Assembly: GCA_965247685.1 (NCBI GenBank)
Contig: OZ252021.1
Location: 120,001 to 152,000, forward strand
Length of the DNA: 32,000 bases
From: Bdellovibrionales bacterium
Lineage (GTDB): Bacteria; Bdellovibrionota; Bdellovibrionia; Bdellovibrionales; UBA1609
Direction: 5' to 3'
Position numbers and translations under genes: made by a program. Positions 1 to 8,900 of this stretch are shown here, piece after piece. Below the pieces are notes generated by a model. It did not search any database. It had not been told where the DNA came from and saw nothing but the letters and a program-made list of their open reading frames with translations. Positions within the stretch are counted from its first letter, which is position 1. Each line of letters begins with the position of its first letter.

Positions 1-143
1 TTATTTCTAATATTGATAAAAAGCTTTCTACATAGGTCTTTTGTGTAGGTTTGAGAAGGCAGTATAAACAAAACCACCATAGAAATGTAGAAGACTCTTT
101 TATATCTGTACTGAAAACTACTTTTTAATCCTTTAAATATCAT
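1..143 (-). CDS. 5' end (47 codons) of a further ankyrin-family paralog; the gene body lies beyond the left window edge
   Basis: Bases 1-143 are near-identical to 2906-3048, the 5' end of ORF 466..3048. The minus strand reads MIFKGLKSSFQYRYKRVFYISMVVLFILPSQTYTKDLCRKLFINIRN from the ATG at 141-143. Confidence 0.75.
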   Translation of the reverse strand, partial: MIFKGLKSSFQYRYKRVFYISMVVLFILPSQTYTKDLCRKLFINIRN

Positions 144-465
144 CCCATTAAATCCTCTAATGCATTATTAAATATAAAAGGTTTTTATAATTGTTAAATG
201 TCATTCCAATTAACTCCTGTTAGAGACGAGCTATATGAAAAAAAACTACTTTTATTTATGTAAAGATAAACTATCACGATGCACTGAAAATATCCATCAA
301 ACAAGAGTGAAGTGTGTAATTTTTACACTTACCTTAGAATACTCATCCCACTCGCCTAAGTTGGTTTACGGTACAGGCAACATTAAAAACGTACTGTTTA
401 GTTTAGTTTTCTTTTGTTGAATTTTTCATTACCATTAGATGAGCTATGGTTAAAGAATTTCAGTC
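144..465. repeat. Inter-paralog spacer repeat, copy 1 (upstream region of the edge-truncated paralog, downstream of ORF 466..3048)
   Basis: Near-identical to 3049..3359. Shorter copies occur at 5694..5872 and 10239..10306. Contains an A8 tract (238-245) and the 23S-like piece at 332-390. Confidence 0.85.
332..390 (-). other. 23S rRNA-derived fragment (59 nt) inside spacer repeat copy 1
   Basis: Manual alignment to 16425..16483 inside the genuine 23S gene gives 54/59 identical, same orientation. Four of the five differences are G->A on the + strand. Confidence 0.8.
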
Positions 466-3048
466 TCATTTCAAAAGCTGAATGAATTTCTCACGATATT
501 CACCATTAGTGTTCTTCTTTGCAAAATCAAGAGCCATATGACCATATTTATTTTTAGAATTTTTATTAGCTCCACTCTCTACCAATAACTCTACGATTTT
601 TAGATACCCATGCCTTGCTGCATACATGAGGGCTGTCTGACCATTTTTACTTTTGGCATTTTTATTAGCTCCACTCTCCACCAATAACTCCGCGATGTCT
701 AGATTTCCTTTCCCTGCTGCGTACATGAGTGCTGTATAACCATTTATATTTGTGGCATCTATATCAGCTCCCCGAGCCAGCAAAAAATCCACAAATTCTC
801 GATCCCCTTCCTCTGCTGCTTGAATGAGAGCTGTCTCACCCCATCTATTTTTGGCATCTATATCAGCTCCTCTAGCCAGCAAAAAATCCACAAATTCTCG
901 ATCCCCTTTCTTTGCTGCGTACATGAGGGCTGTCTCACTAAAAGAACTTCTAGCATTTATATCCAATAATATCTTAAATTTAGAATTTAAAACCTCCTCT
1001 ATCTGCTGTTCGTTTTCAGAAAAAAATACTTGAGAAATCTGCCTTATAAACTCTCTCTTATAAAATACTCTTACATCTTTCCAATTACTCATCTCTCCTA
1101 TAATAACTTGTTGCTCTTTTTTTGAAAATAATTCTAACTGAGTAGATAAAAAATCTAAATCTACATCGACTCTCTTTCCTAGCTCTAAATTGATTCTCTT
1201 TTTTAGCTCCCATTGAATTAAAGTAAATAAAGTCAACTTTCTGACTCTAGAATCAATATCTTGACCCTCTATTTTGTCCTTTAAATAACTTTTAACATAT
1301 TCTGAAGTGATATTGAGTCCTTCGATTTCTTTTAAGGATAACAAGTTATTTAAAAACTTTATCTGATCCTCTGTCTCATTGGATTTTCCTAACGAAAGTA
1401 CAGGTTCATATAAACCTCTAACACTTAATTCTTCAGACGCTGTTTGTGGAATATATATTTCACCCGGTCTAATCGTAATATTATCCAGTCCCCTGCCTTC
1501 TTCCTCTAGCACCAACATATCTAATCCCTGATCAGCTCTTGAATACTCATCTGAATACTCATTTTCAAATGGGTATTCATTAGGATGAGGTTGAAACTTT
1601 CTTAAACGAACTTTTAACTGAGGTAAAATCTTCTCCTTAAGATAGCCCCTTGTTATATCATCATTAGAGATGTCATTATGATCTCCTACATTTTTAGGGA
1701 GACCTAGTTTATATCCTAATTCCTTTAAACTCAGTCTTATACCTTCTAGTGTAGGAAGAAGTAAATGATTGGGAAAGTCTTGTATCTTATCAACAAAAGC
1801 TACCTGCTCCTTTTCTCCTCTTTCATTTTCAGCAGAACCCAAGACTACTGCAATATGCCCTGAAGATTTATAATTCTCACCTGTCAAAGTAAAATAAAGA
1901 TAATTAGGATCTAAAGCTTTCTCAAAATAATATTCCGTCGCGCAATCTCCACTCAAACAGGATCTAAATGGGGACTCTTGTATGGATAAGCTTCTCAATC
2001 GAAGAGTTTTCCTATAACCTTCCTTATAGGGCTGATTTTTTATATCATCTTCTATTCTTAGCAGTTGTGTAGAAATATCTTCATTAGGTTTAACATTTAA
2101 GGATTCTCTTAACTCAGAAAAATGCCCTTCAAATCCTAACTCAATCGCTATAACATTTCTTTCTGATAAAATTTTACGAACAGCATCTATTCTCTCTATT
2201 GGATTTTTACTTTTCAAAGAAGCCTCATAAAGAGGATTTCCAAAACCTGCTGTATCCACTAAATCCACCATAGCTTGTGATATGTATCGAACATCTCTTT
2301 TATCTGCCAATAACTGATCTCTTGCTTCATTTAAAATCTTATAGAATCCTATGATTTTTTCCCTATAAGGAATGGAAGAGTTTTCTATAAATTTCAAATT
2401 TTCTTCGCTGATGAATTTCTTAAAATAATCTTTAAAACCTTCCATTTGTTTTTGTTTCCACTCTTTTCGTTTTTGCCCTTTTAAATTGGAAGATGGTGGA
2501 GCTTCTTGAAAATCAAGTATTTTATGCCAAAATCCAATATTGGCTTCTATTTGAAATAAATTATTTCTTCGCCTCTTAGATGATTTTTTAAAGTTTTGGA
2601 TAAATTGAATCAAACTTTGAGATTGTTCATATTCTTTAATAGAAATTTCCAGAATCTGCTCTCGAAGAGATGGTTTAGAAAGTTCAGGATATTTTTCTAA
2701 AATTTGAAACAGAAGAGTGAAATATTTGTCTTTATTTATTTTTTCATTAAAATCTCCAAACCAATTTTTTAAATATAATTCCAATAAATCTGCTTGTTTC
2801 TCTCCAAGAAATAAACCTTGAGTCATCGCTTCTGCAAAGGCTCTTGGAGTCTTAGGTTTTGTCTTAGATTTTGTATCAGCTCTTACTGATTGTCCAGAAA
2901 AGACTTTATTTCTAATATTGATAAAAAGCTTTCTACATAGGTCTTTTGTGTAGGTTTGAGAAGGCAGTATAAGCAAAACCACCATAGAAATGTAGAAGAC
3001 TCTTTTATATCTGTACTGAAAACTACTTTTTAATCCTTTAAATATCAT
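466..3048 (-). CDS. Ankyrin-repeat protein (860 aa): hydrophobic N-terminal signal/anchor, ~650-aa uncharacterised body, 5 C-terminal ANK repeats
   Basis: Long ORF with ATG at 3046-3048 and GAGGA 9 nt upstream. The N-terminus RYKRVFYISMVVLLILPSQ is hydrophobic. The C-terminus holds five 33-aa units with the ANK consensus (G-TALMYAA--G----V-LL---GA--N). Confidence 0.9.
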   Translation of the reverse strand: MIFKGLKSSFQYRYKRVFYISMVVLLILPSQTYTKDLCRKLFINIRNKVFSGQSVRADTKSKTKPKTPRAFAEAMTQGLFLGEKQADLLELYLKNWFGDFNEKINKDKYFTLLFQILEKYPELSKPSLREQILEISIKEYEQSQSLIQFIQNFKKSSKRRRNNLFQIEANIGFWHKILDFQEAPPSSNLKGQKRKEWKQKQMEGFKDYFKKFISEENLKFIENSSIPYREKIIGFYKILNEARDQLLADKRDVRYISQAMVDLVDTAGFGNPLYEASLKSKNPIERIDAVRKILSERNVIAIELGFEGHFSELRESLNVKPNEDISTQLLRIEDDIKNQPYKEGYRKTLRLRSLSIQESPFRSCLSGDCATEYYFEKALDPNYLYFTLTGENYKSSGHIAVVLGSAENERGEKEQVAFVDKIQDFPNHLLLPTLEGIRLSLKELGYKLGLPKNVGDHNDISNDDITRGYLKEKILPQLKVRLRKFQPHPNEYPFENEYSDEYSRADQGLDMLVLEEEGRGLDNITIRPGEIYIPQTASEELSVRGLYEPVLSLGKSNETEDQIKFLNNLLSLKEIEGLNITSEYVKSYLKDKIEGQDIDSRVRKLTLFTLIQWELKKRINLELGKRVDVDLDFLSTQLELFSKKEQQVIIGEMSNWKDVRVFYKREFIRQISQVFFSENEQQIEEVLNSKFKILLDINARSSFSETALMYAAKKGDREFVDFLLARGADIDAKNRWGETALIQAAEEGDREFVDFLLARGADIDATNINGYTALMYAAGKGNLDIAELLVESGANKNAKSKNGQTALMYAARHGYLKIVELLVESGANKNSKNKYGHMALDFAKKNTNGEYREKFIQLLK
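514..963 (-). repeat. Five in-frame 99-nt (33-aa) ankyrin modules; adjacent pairs are highly similar at the DNA level
   Basis: 99-nt periodicity. ggcatctatatcagctcc... starts at 754 and again at 853. ttttattagctccactctc... starts at 561 and again at 660. Confidence 0.85.
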
Positions 3049-3359
3049 CCCATTAAATCCTCTAATGCATTATTAAATATAAAAGGTTTTTATAATTGTT
3101 AAATGTCATTCCAATTAACTCCTGTTAGAGACGAGCTATATGAAAAAAAACTACTTTCATTTATGTAAAGATAAACTATCACGATGCACTGAAAATATCC
3201 ATCAAACGAGAGTGAAGTGTATAATTTTTACACTCACCTTAGAATACTCATCCCACTCGCCCGAGAGGATTTACGGTACAGGCAACATTAAAAACGTACT
3301 GTTTAGTTTTATTTTGTTGAATTACCATTGGATGAGCCTATGGTTAAAGAATTTCAGTC
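3049..3359. repeat. Inter-paralog spacer repeat, copy 2
   Basis: Near-identical to 144..465, including the A8 tract (3143-3150) and the 23S-like piece. Confidence 0.85.
3237..3295 (-). other. 23S rRNA-derived fragment (59 nt) inside spacer repeat copy 2
   Basis: Manual alignment to 16425..16483 gives 51/59 identical. It is more diverged than copy 1 (ttgg -> agga in the middle). Confidence 0.75.
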
Positions 3360-5693
3360 TCATTTCAAGAGCTGAATGAGCTCCTCACGATGTTCACTAT
3401 TAGGGTTCTGCCTTGCAAAATCAAGAGCCGTCTTTCCATCTTTATTTCTGATTTTTTTATTAGCTCCACTCTTCACCAATAACTCCACGAGTTCTAGGTG
3501 CCCTTTCCTTGCTGCAGATATGAGAACCGTATCACGATCATAATACTTATCTGTGGCATCTATATTAGCTCCATTCTTCAACAACAACTCCATGAGTTCT
3601 AGATGCCCATGCCTTGCTGCATGCACAAGAGCCGTATAACCAAATTCATCTGTGGCATTTATATCTAATAATATCTTGAAGCTGGAATTTAAAGCCCTCT
3701 CTATTTGCTGTTCATTTTCAGAAAAAAATACTTGAGAAATCTGCCTTATAAACTCTCTCTTATAAGATACTCTTACATCTTTCCAATTACTCATTTCTCC
3801 TATAATAAATTGCTGATCTTCGAGTGAAAAGAATCCTAACTGAGTAGATAAAAACTCTAAATCTACACTAATGTCCTTTTCTCGATTCCATTGAATTAAA
3901 GTAAATAAAGCCAACTTTCTGATTTTAAAATCAATATCTTTATCCTTTATTTTGTCCCTTAAATAACTTTCAACATATTCTGAAGTGATATTGAATTCTT
4001 CGATTTCTTTTAAGGATAACAAGTTATTTAAAAACTTTATCTGATCTTCTGCCTTATTAGATTTTTCTAACGAAAGTACGGGTTCATATAAACCTCTAGC
4101 ACTTAATGCTTTAGATGCTGTTTGTGGAATATATATTTCACCCGGTCTAATCGTAATATTATCTAGTCTCCTGCCTTCTCCCTCTAACACCAATATATCT
4201 AATCCCTTATTAGCTCTTGAATGCCCACTGTAAAATGGGTATTCGTTAGGAAGAGGTTGAAACTTGCTTAAATGAACATTTAACCAAGGTAAAACCTTCT
4301 CCTCAAGATAGCCCCTTGTTATATCATCATTGGAGATACCATCATTCTCTCCTACATCTTTAGGAAGACCTAGTTTATATCCTAATTCCTCTAAACTCAA
4401 TCTTATACCTTCTAGTGTAGGAAGAAGTAAATGATTGGGAATGTTTTGTATTTTATCGACAAAAGCTACCTGCATCTTTTTTCCTCTTTCATTTTCAGCA
4501 GAACCCAAGACTACTGCAATATGCCCTGAAGACTTATGATCCTTACCTGTAAAAGTAAAATAAAGATAATTAGGATCTAAAGCTTTCTTAAAATAAAATA
4601 CCATCGCACAATCTCCACTCAAACAGGATCTAAATGAGGACTCTTGTATGGATAAGCTTCTCAATCGAAGAGTTTTTCTATAACCTTCCTTATAGGGCTG
4701 ATTTTTTATATCATTTTCTATTCTTAGCAGTTGTGTAGAAACATCTCCATTAGATTTAACATTTAAGGATTCTCTTAACTCAGCAAAATGCCCTTCAAAT
4801 CCTAACTCAATCGCTATAACATTTCTTTCTGATAAAATTTTACGAACAGCATCTATTTTCTCTATTGGATTTTTACTTTTCAAAGAAGCCTCATAAAGAG
4901 AATTTCCAAAACCTGCTGTATCCACTAAATCCACCATAGCTTGTGATATGTATCGAACATCTCTTTTATCTGCCAATAACTTATCTCTTGCTTGTTTTAA
5001 AATCTTATAGAATCCTATAACTTTTTCCCTATAAGGAGTGGAAGAGTTTTCTATAAATTTCAAATTTTCTTCATTGATGAATTTATTAAAATAATTTTTA
5101 AAATCTTCCATTTGTTTTTCTTTCCACTTTTTTCGTTCTTGTCCTTTTAAGTTGGAAGGTAATGAAGTTGTTGGAAAATCAAGTATTTTATACCAAAATC
5201 CAATATTGGCTTCTATTTGAAATAAATTATTTCTTCGCCTCTTAGATGATTTTTTAAAGTTTTGGATAAATTGAATCAAACTTTGAGATTGCTCATATTC
5301 TTTAATAGAAATTTCCAGAATCTGCTCTCGAAGAGATGGTTTAGAAAGTTCAGGATATTTTTCTAAAACTTGAAACAGAAGAATGAAATTTGTGTATTTA
5401 TCTATTTTTTCATTAAAATCTCCAAACCAATTTTTTAAATATAATTCCAATAAATCTGCTTTTTTCTCTCCAAGAAATAAACCTTGAGTCATCGCTTCTG
5501 CAAAGGCTGTTGGAATCTCAGGGTTTGTATCAGCTCTTACTGGTTGTCCAAAAAAGATTTTGTTCTTAAAAAGCTTTCTACATAGGTTTTTTGTGTAGGT
5601 TTGAGAAGGTAGTACAAGCAAAACCACCATAGAAATGTAGAAGACCCTTTTATATCTGTACTGAAAACTACTTTTTAATCCTTTAAATATCAT
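3360..5693 (-). CDS. Ankyrin-repeat protein paralog (777 aa), 3 C-terminal ANK repeats
   Basis: Long ORF with ATG at 5691-5693. The first ~690 aa are co-linear with ORF 466..3048, with long identical runs such as KEYEQSQSLIQFIQNFKKSSKRRRNNLFQIEANIGFW. The C-terminal ANK region differs in copy number and sequence. Confidence 0.9.
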   Translation of the reverse strand: MIFKGLKSSFQYRYKRVFYISMVVLLVLPSQTYTKNLCRKLFKNKIFFGQPVRADTNPEIPTAFAEAMTQGLFLGEKKADLLELYLKNWFGDFNEKIDKYTNFILLFQVLEKYPELSKPSLREQILEISIKEYEQSQSLIQFIQNFKKSSKRRRNNLFQIEANIGFWYKILDFPTTSLPSNLKGQERKKWKEKQMEDFKNYFNKFINEENLKFIENSSTPYREKVIGFYKILKQARDKLLADKRDVRYISQAMVDLVDTAGFGNSLYEASLKSKNPIEKIDAVRKILSERNVIAIELGFEGHFAELRESLNVKSNGDVSTQLLRIENDIKNQPYKEGYRKTLRLRSLSIQESSFRSCLSGDCAMVFYFKKALDPNYLYFTFTGKDHKSSGHIAVVLGSAENERGKKMQVAFVDKIQNIPNHLLLPTLEGIRLSLEELGYKLGLPKDVGENDGISNDDITRGYLEEKVLPWLNVHLSKFQPLPNEYPFYSGHSRANKGLDILVLEGEGRRLDNITIRPGEIYIPQTASKALSARGLYEPVLSLEKSNKAEDQIKFLNNLLSLKEIEEFNITSEYVESYLRDKIKDKDIDFKIRKLALFTLIQWNREKDISVDLEFLSTQLGFFSLEDQQFIIGEMSNWKDVRVSYKREFIRQISQVFFSENEQQIERALNSSFKILLDINATDEFGYTALVHAARHGHLELMELLLKNGANIDATDKYYDRDTVLISAARKGHLELVELLVKSGANKKIRNKDGKTALDFARQNPNSEHREELIQLLK

Positions 5694-5872
5694 CTCATTA
5701 AATCCTCTAATGCATTATTAAATATGAAAGGTTTTTATAATTGTTAAATGTCATTCCAATTAACTCCTGTTAGAGACAGCTATATGAAAAAAACTGTTTT
5801 CATTTATGTAAAGATAAACTATCACGATGCACTGAAAATATCCATCAAACAAGAGTGAAGTGTGTAATTTTT
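5694..5872. repeat. Inter-paralog spacer repeat, copy 3 (truncated; lacks the 23S-like piece)
   Basis: Matches 144-~325 and 3049-~3230 and has an A7 tract instead of A8. Homology stops at gtgtgtaattttt, just before where the 23S-like piece starts in the other copies. Confidence 0.8.
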
Positions 5873-5931
5873 TCAAATTTAACATACTTTGTTGACAAGT
5901 ATATTTACTTCAGTGTTTACTCCATGAAACT

Positions 5932-8900
5932 ATGTTATGTAAAAACCTACAGCAGATCTTAAAAGTAGGGATTTCTTTAAATTTTCAAAAACGTATATTT
6001 GAATATAAAAAAATTCTTTATTTAATAATTTTACTTTCAATTCACTCTGTTTCTGCTAGGCCTGATCCTGGGATGGATGGCTGTTTTCCTCCTTACTGTA
6101 TACAAAATCCTTCCATTATTCCTAAAGGAAAATCGAATGAAGAAATTCTCAACCCACCATTAAATGTTAAATATAAACCACAGGCATTCCAGATACGGGG
6201 ACAGGTACTCCAGATGGTTATTATGCAAGAGTTTCTGAAAGACCCAAATACATATTTGGCTTTCGCGTTTGCTGCAAGAGGAAAATATTCCCGTTTTGAA
6301 AACGTCCAAAAAAATTTTGGATTTAAAAAGATCTTGGATCTTGGACGAAATGTAAATGTAAAATTAAAATTCCCATGGAGCCAATGGGTCGAAGTTTCGA
6401 TAGATATTCCGCTTAAATCGCAAACGAATAGAATAGTTTTTACAAACGTTCAACAAGATTTAGAGAATTTCAAGCGTGTGACTCATGCAACAGCTCAAGT
6501 ATTGATGGAATGTAAAGACAACATGCAGAACTGCCCTATTTTTCGTAATTTATTTAAAGAAATAAATGATCCACATGAGCTTCAAGAGTTACAAGAGGGC
6601 TGGAGCAAAGCTATTGCTTTTGCAAATAAAAACGGCATCAATGTTTTTCAAAACAATACTATAGAAGACTTGCAATTTATGTACCCTTTAGAATCAAACT
6701 TGGTTCAAACGCTGAACAATTCTGAAGATATAAAGAAACAAACAGAAGCTTTTAAAGACTTTATAGTATTACAAGAAGAGGATCGAGTGGCTCACATTCA
6801 AGCAAATGACCCTTTCTACACTGGAAAAGATGCAACTACTTTACATTTGCAAAATAAATGGAACGAATATCAAACACAACTAGAGCAGATCAAACAACAG
6901 CAACTCATTCCTAATCAAACAACAGAAGAATTAGTCCATCTTTCCAACGAAGAGACACGAACTTCAAAGGCTTTAGAGAGAATAGATACAGCAAAAAAAC
7001 TATATAAGAATGAGCAACTTTCTAACGGAATTATAGCAGTTGCAGGAGCTACCAAAGCTGTTGGTCAAGTTTTGGGTGTACCTAAAGAAATAATCCAATT
7101 AGCTGACATTGTTATTATTAAGACGCAAATAATTAGTACAGTGAACAAGATGATTATTAGTGGTGCTGTAGATCCAACCGGCATTACAGCCATAGCTATA
7201 GGGTTGAGTGCCTTACTAAGAATTATATCTAATACTCCATCTCCAGAACAATTGATGAAGGAGGTATTTGATGACATTCAAAAAAAACTGGAGACTGTAT
7301 TAGTAAATCAAGAACAGATACTTGCCGAGTTAGAGTATATGAAAGATCTTATGCAGAAAAACCACCGTGAAATTATTGACAACCTTGGTGTTATTCAAAA
7401 GAGGTTACATCAAATTGAAACATCTATGCAGTTTAACTTTGAGGCTGTATTCAAAGAGTTTGACACCCAAACATTTAAAGAGATAATGGGAAGAGCTTAC
7501 GGTTTAAGAACAAATTTATCTAAACCGATTCATCAGCAGCAAGTATGCCTTGAAAAAGATGAAAATAATCAATGTGTGATGCTATATAACCCATCCTTTG
7601 AGGACATTAGGGAGAGTGGACGTCTCTTGGGAGAGATATATAAAAATTGGGAAAATATCTCCCAGATGGATATCGAAAAAGACTTTTCCAAGCTTTCAAA
7701 AGAAGACATCGAAAAGTACATAGAAAATCCCTCTATAGAGGCTAGACTGCCTTTTTTATCGTCAATGGTTCATTGGCTGAACAGTGCGGAAGATCGACTG
7801 AACACTTTATCTGTTGGCAGAAAAATACGTACTCAGATACCATCTGATTTGATTTTTGGAAAGAATATTCCTGAGCCTCCTAAAGAAATTGCTCTTCCTT
7901 CCTATCAAGATAAAATACTATCTGAATATATTGAGCTGGCTAGCTTACTCCCGCCAGAATCAGATGATCTTGGAGGTATGACTCATGATGATCATGTTGA
8001 TAAAATGTGCCAAAGACTTTCATCTATTGAATCTTTGTCAAAAACAATGAGGGAAAATTTGCAAAAAGCCTGGGCAACTTATTATTTTTATTCAATAACA
8101 ATATATAATAACGTAGTAAATTATTTCGATGATCTACCTAGAAAAGAACTAAAATTGAAAGCAAATAAAAGTAAAAAAGAGCTTCGAAATGAGAAGGATG
8201 CTCATGAGAGTAAAGAAGAGCTTCGAAATGAGAAAGATGCTCATGAGAAGGATGCTCTTGAAAAAATACCACTAAAATCATTCATATCTACTGCAAACAG
8301 GGTTTATTTTCATGAGCATCCTTCTCATCAGCATCCTAAGCCTCCTAATATATCAAGATATTTTTCCAATTTTTCAAGCATCTTAAATGATGTCCTAGAT
8401 GATATGCTTAATAATACAATGAGTGATAGGGATATGTATATACATGGATACATAAAGCAAGTTCCATACAGAGAGCGTAAGTGTATAAGACAGATTATGG
8501 TGCAAAAGAAGATTGAGGTGCCGCAGGATAAGATATTACTACCACCACCATGTAAGGATTTTACCCTAGGTGATCTGATTATGTCCAGAGGAAGTGGCCC
8601 TGACGGGGGTTACGGAGGTGGCCCTGGCCCTGAAGGGGGTTACGTAAGTAGCCCAAAGTGTCGGAAGACTATCACACTACAACACATTTTCGCACCACGA
8701 ACAAGGTGGAAAAGCCACTGTTATGAGTGGGAAAAGGTTGGAACAGGTCCTATAAAATATAGGATAGAAAATGATAGAGAATCTTTTAAAAAAGCCCAAA
8801 TAGAAGAATGGAGATGGGTTCCAACCTATATTTACACTCATATTATAAAGGAACTGGATAAAAAGGATTTAATTGCAGAATGGATGCGCGCCAAACTTGC

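Noticed and set aside
238-245. A8/A8/A7/A7 homopolymer tract in the spacer copies as a phase-variation switch
   Set aside because: The tract lies ~100 nt upstream of the ANK start codons, outside the best -35/-10 candidate (TTAATT-18-TATAAA, e.g. 3089-3118 on the minus strand). The length difference coincides with generally diverged copies. There is no evidence of a regulatory role.
235-420. Conserved + strand ORFs in the spacer repeats (235..420 and 3140..3379, MKKNYF.LCKDKLSRCTENIHQTRVKC...)
   Set aside because: They are conserved only because the whole spacer is duplicated. Their C-terminal halves are a translation of the 23S-derived fragment (compare the spurious ORF 16280..16510, ...LEYSSHSPELVYGTG). 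The third spacer copy has A7 instead of A8 and loses the frame. There is no convincing SD.
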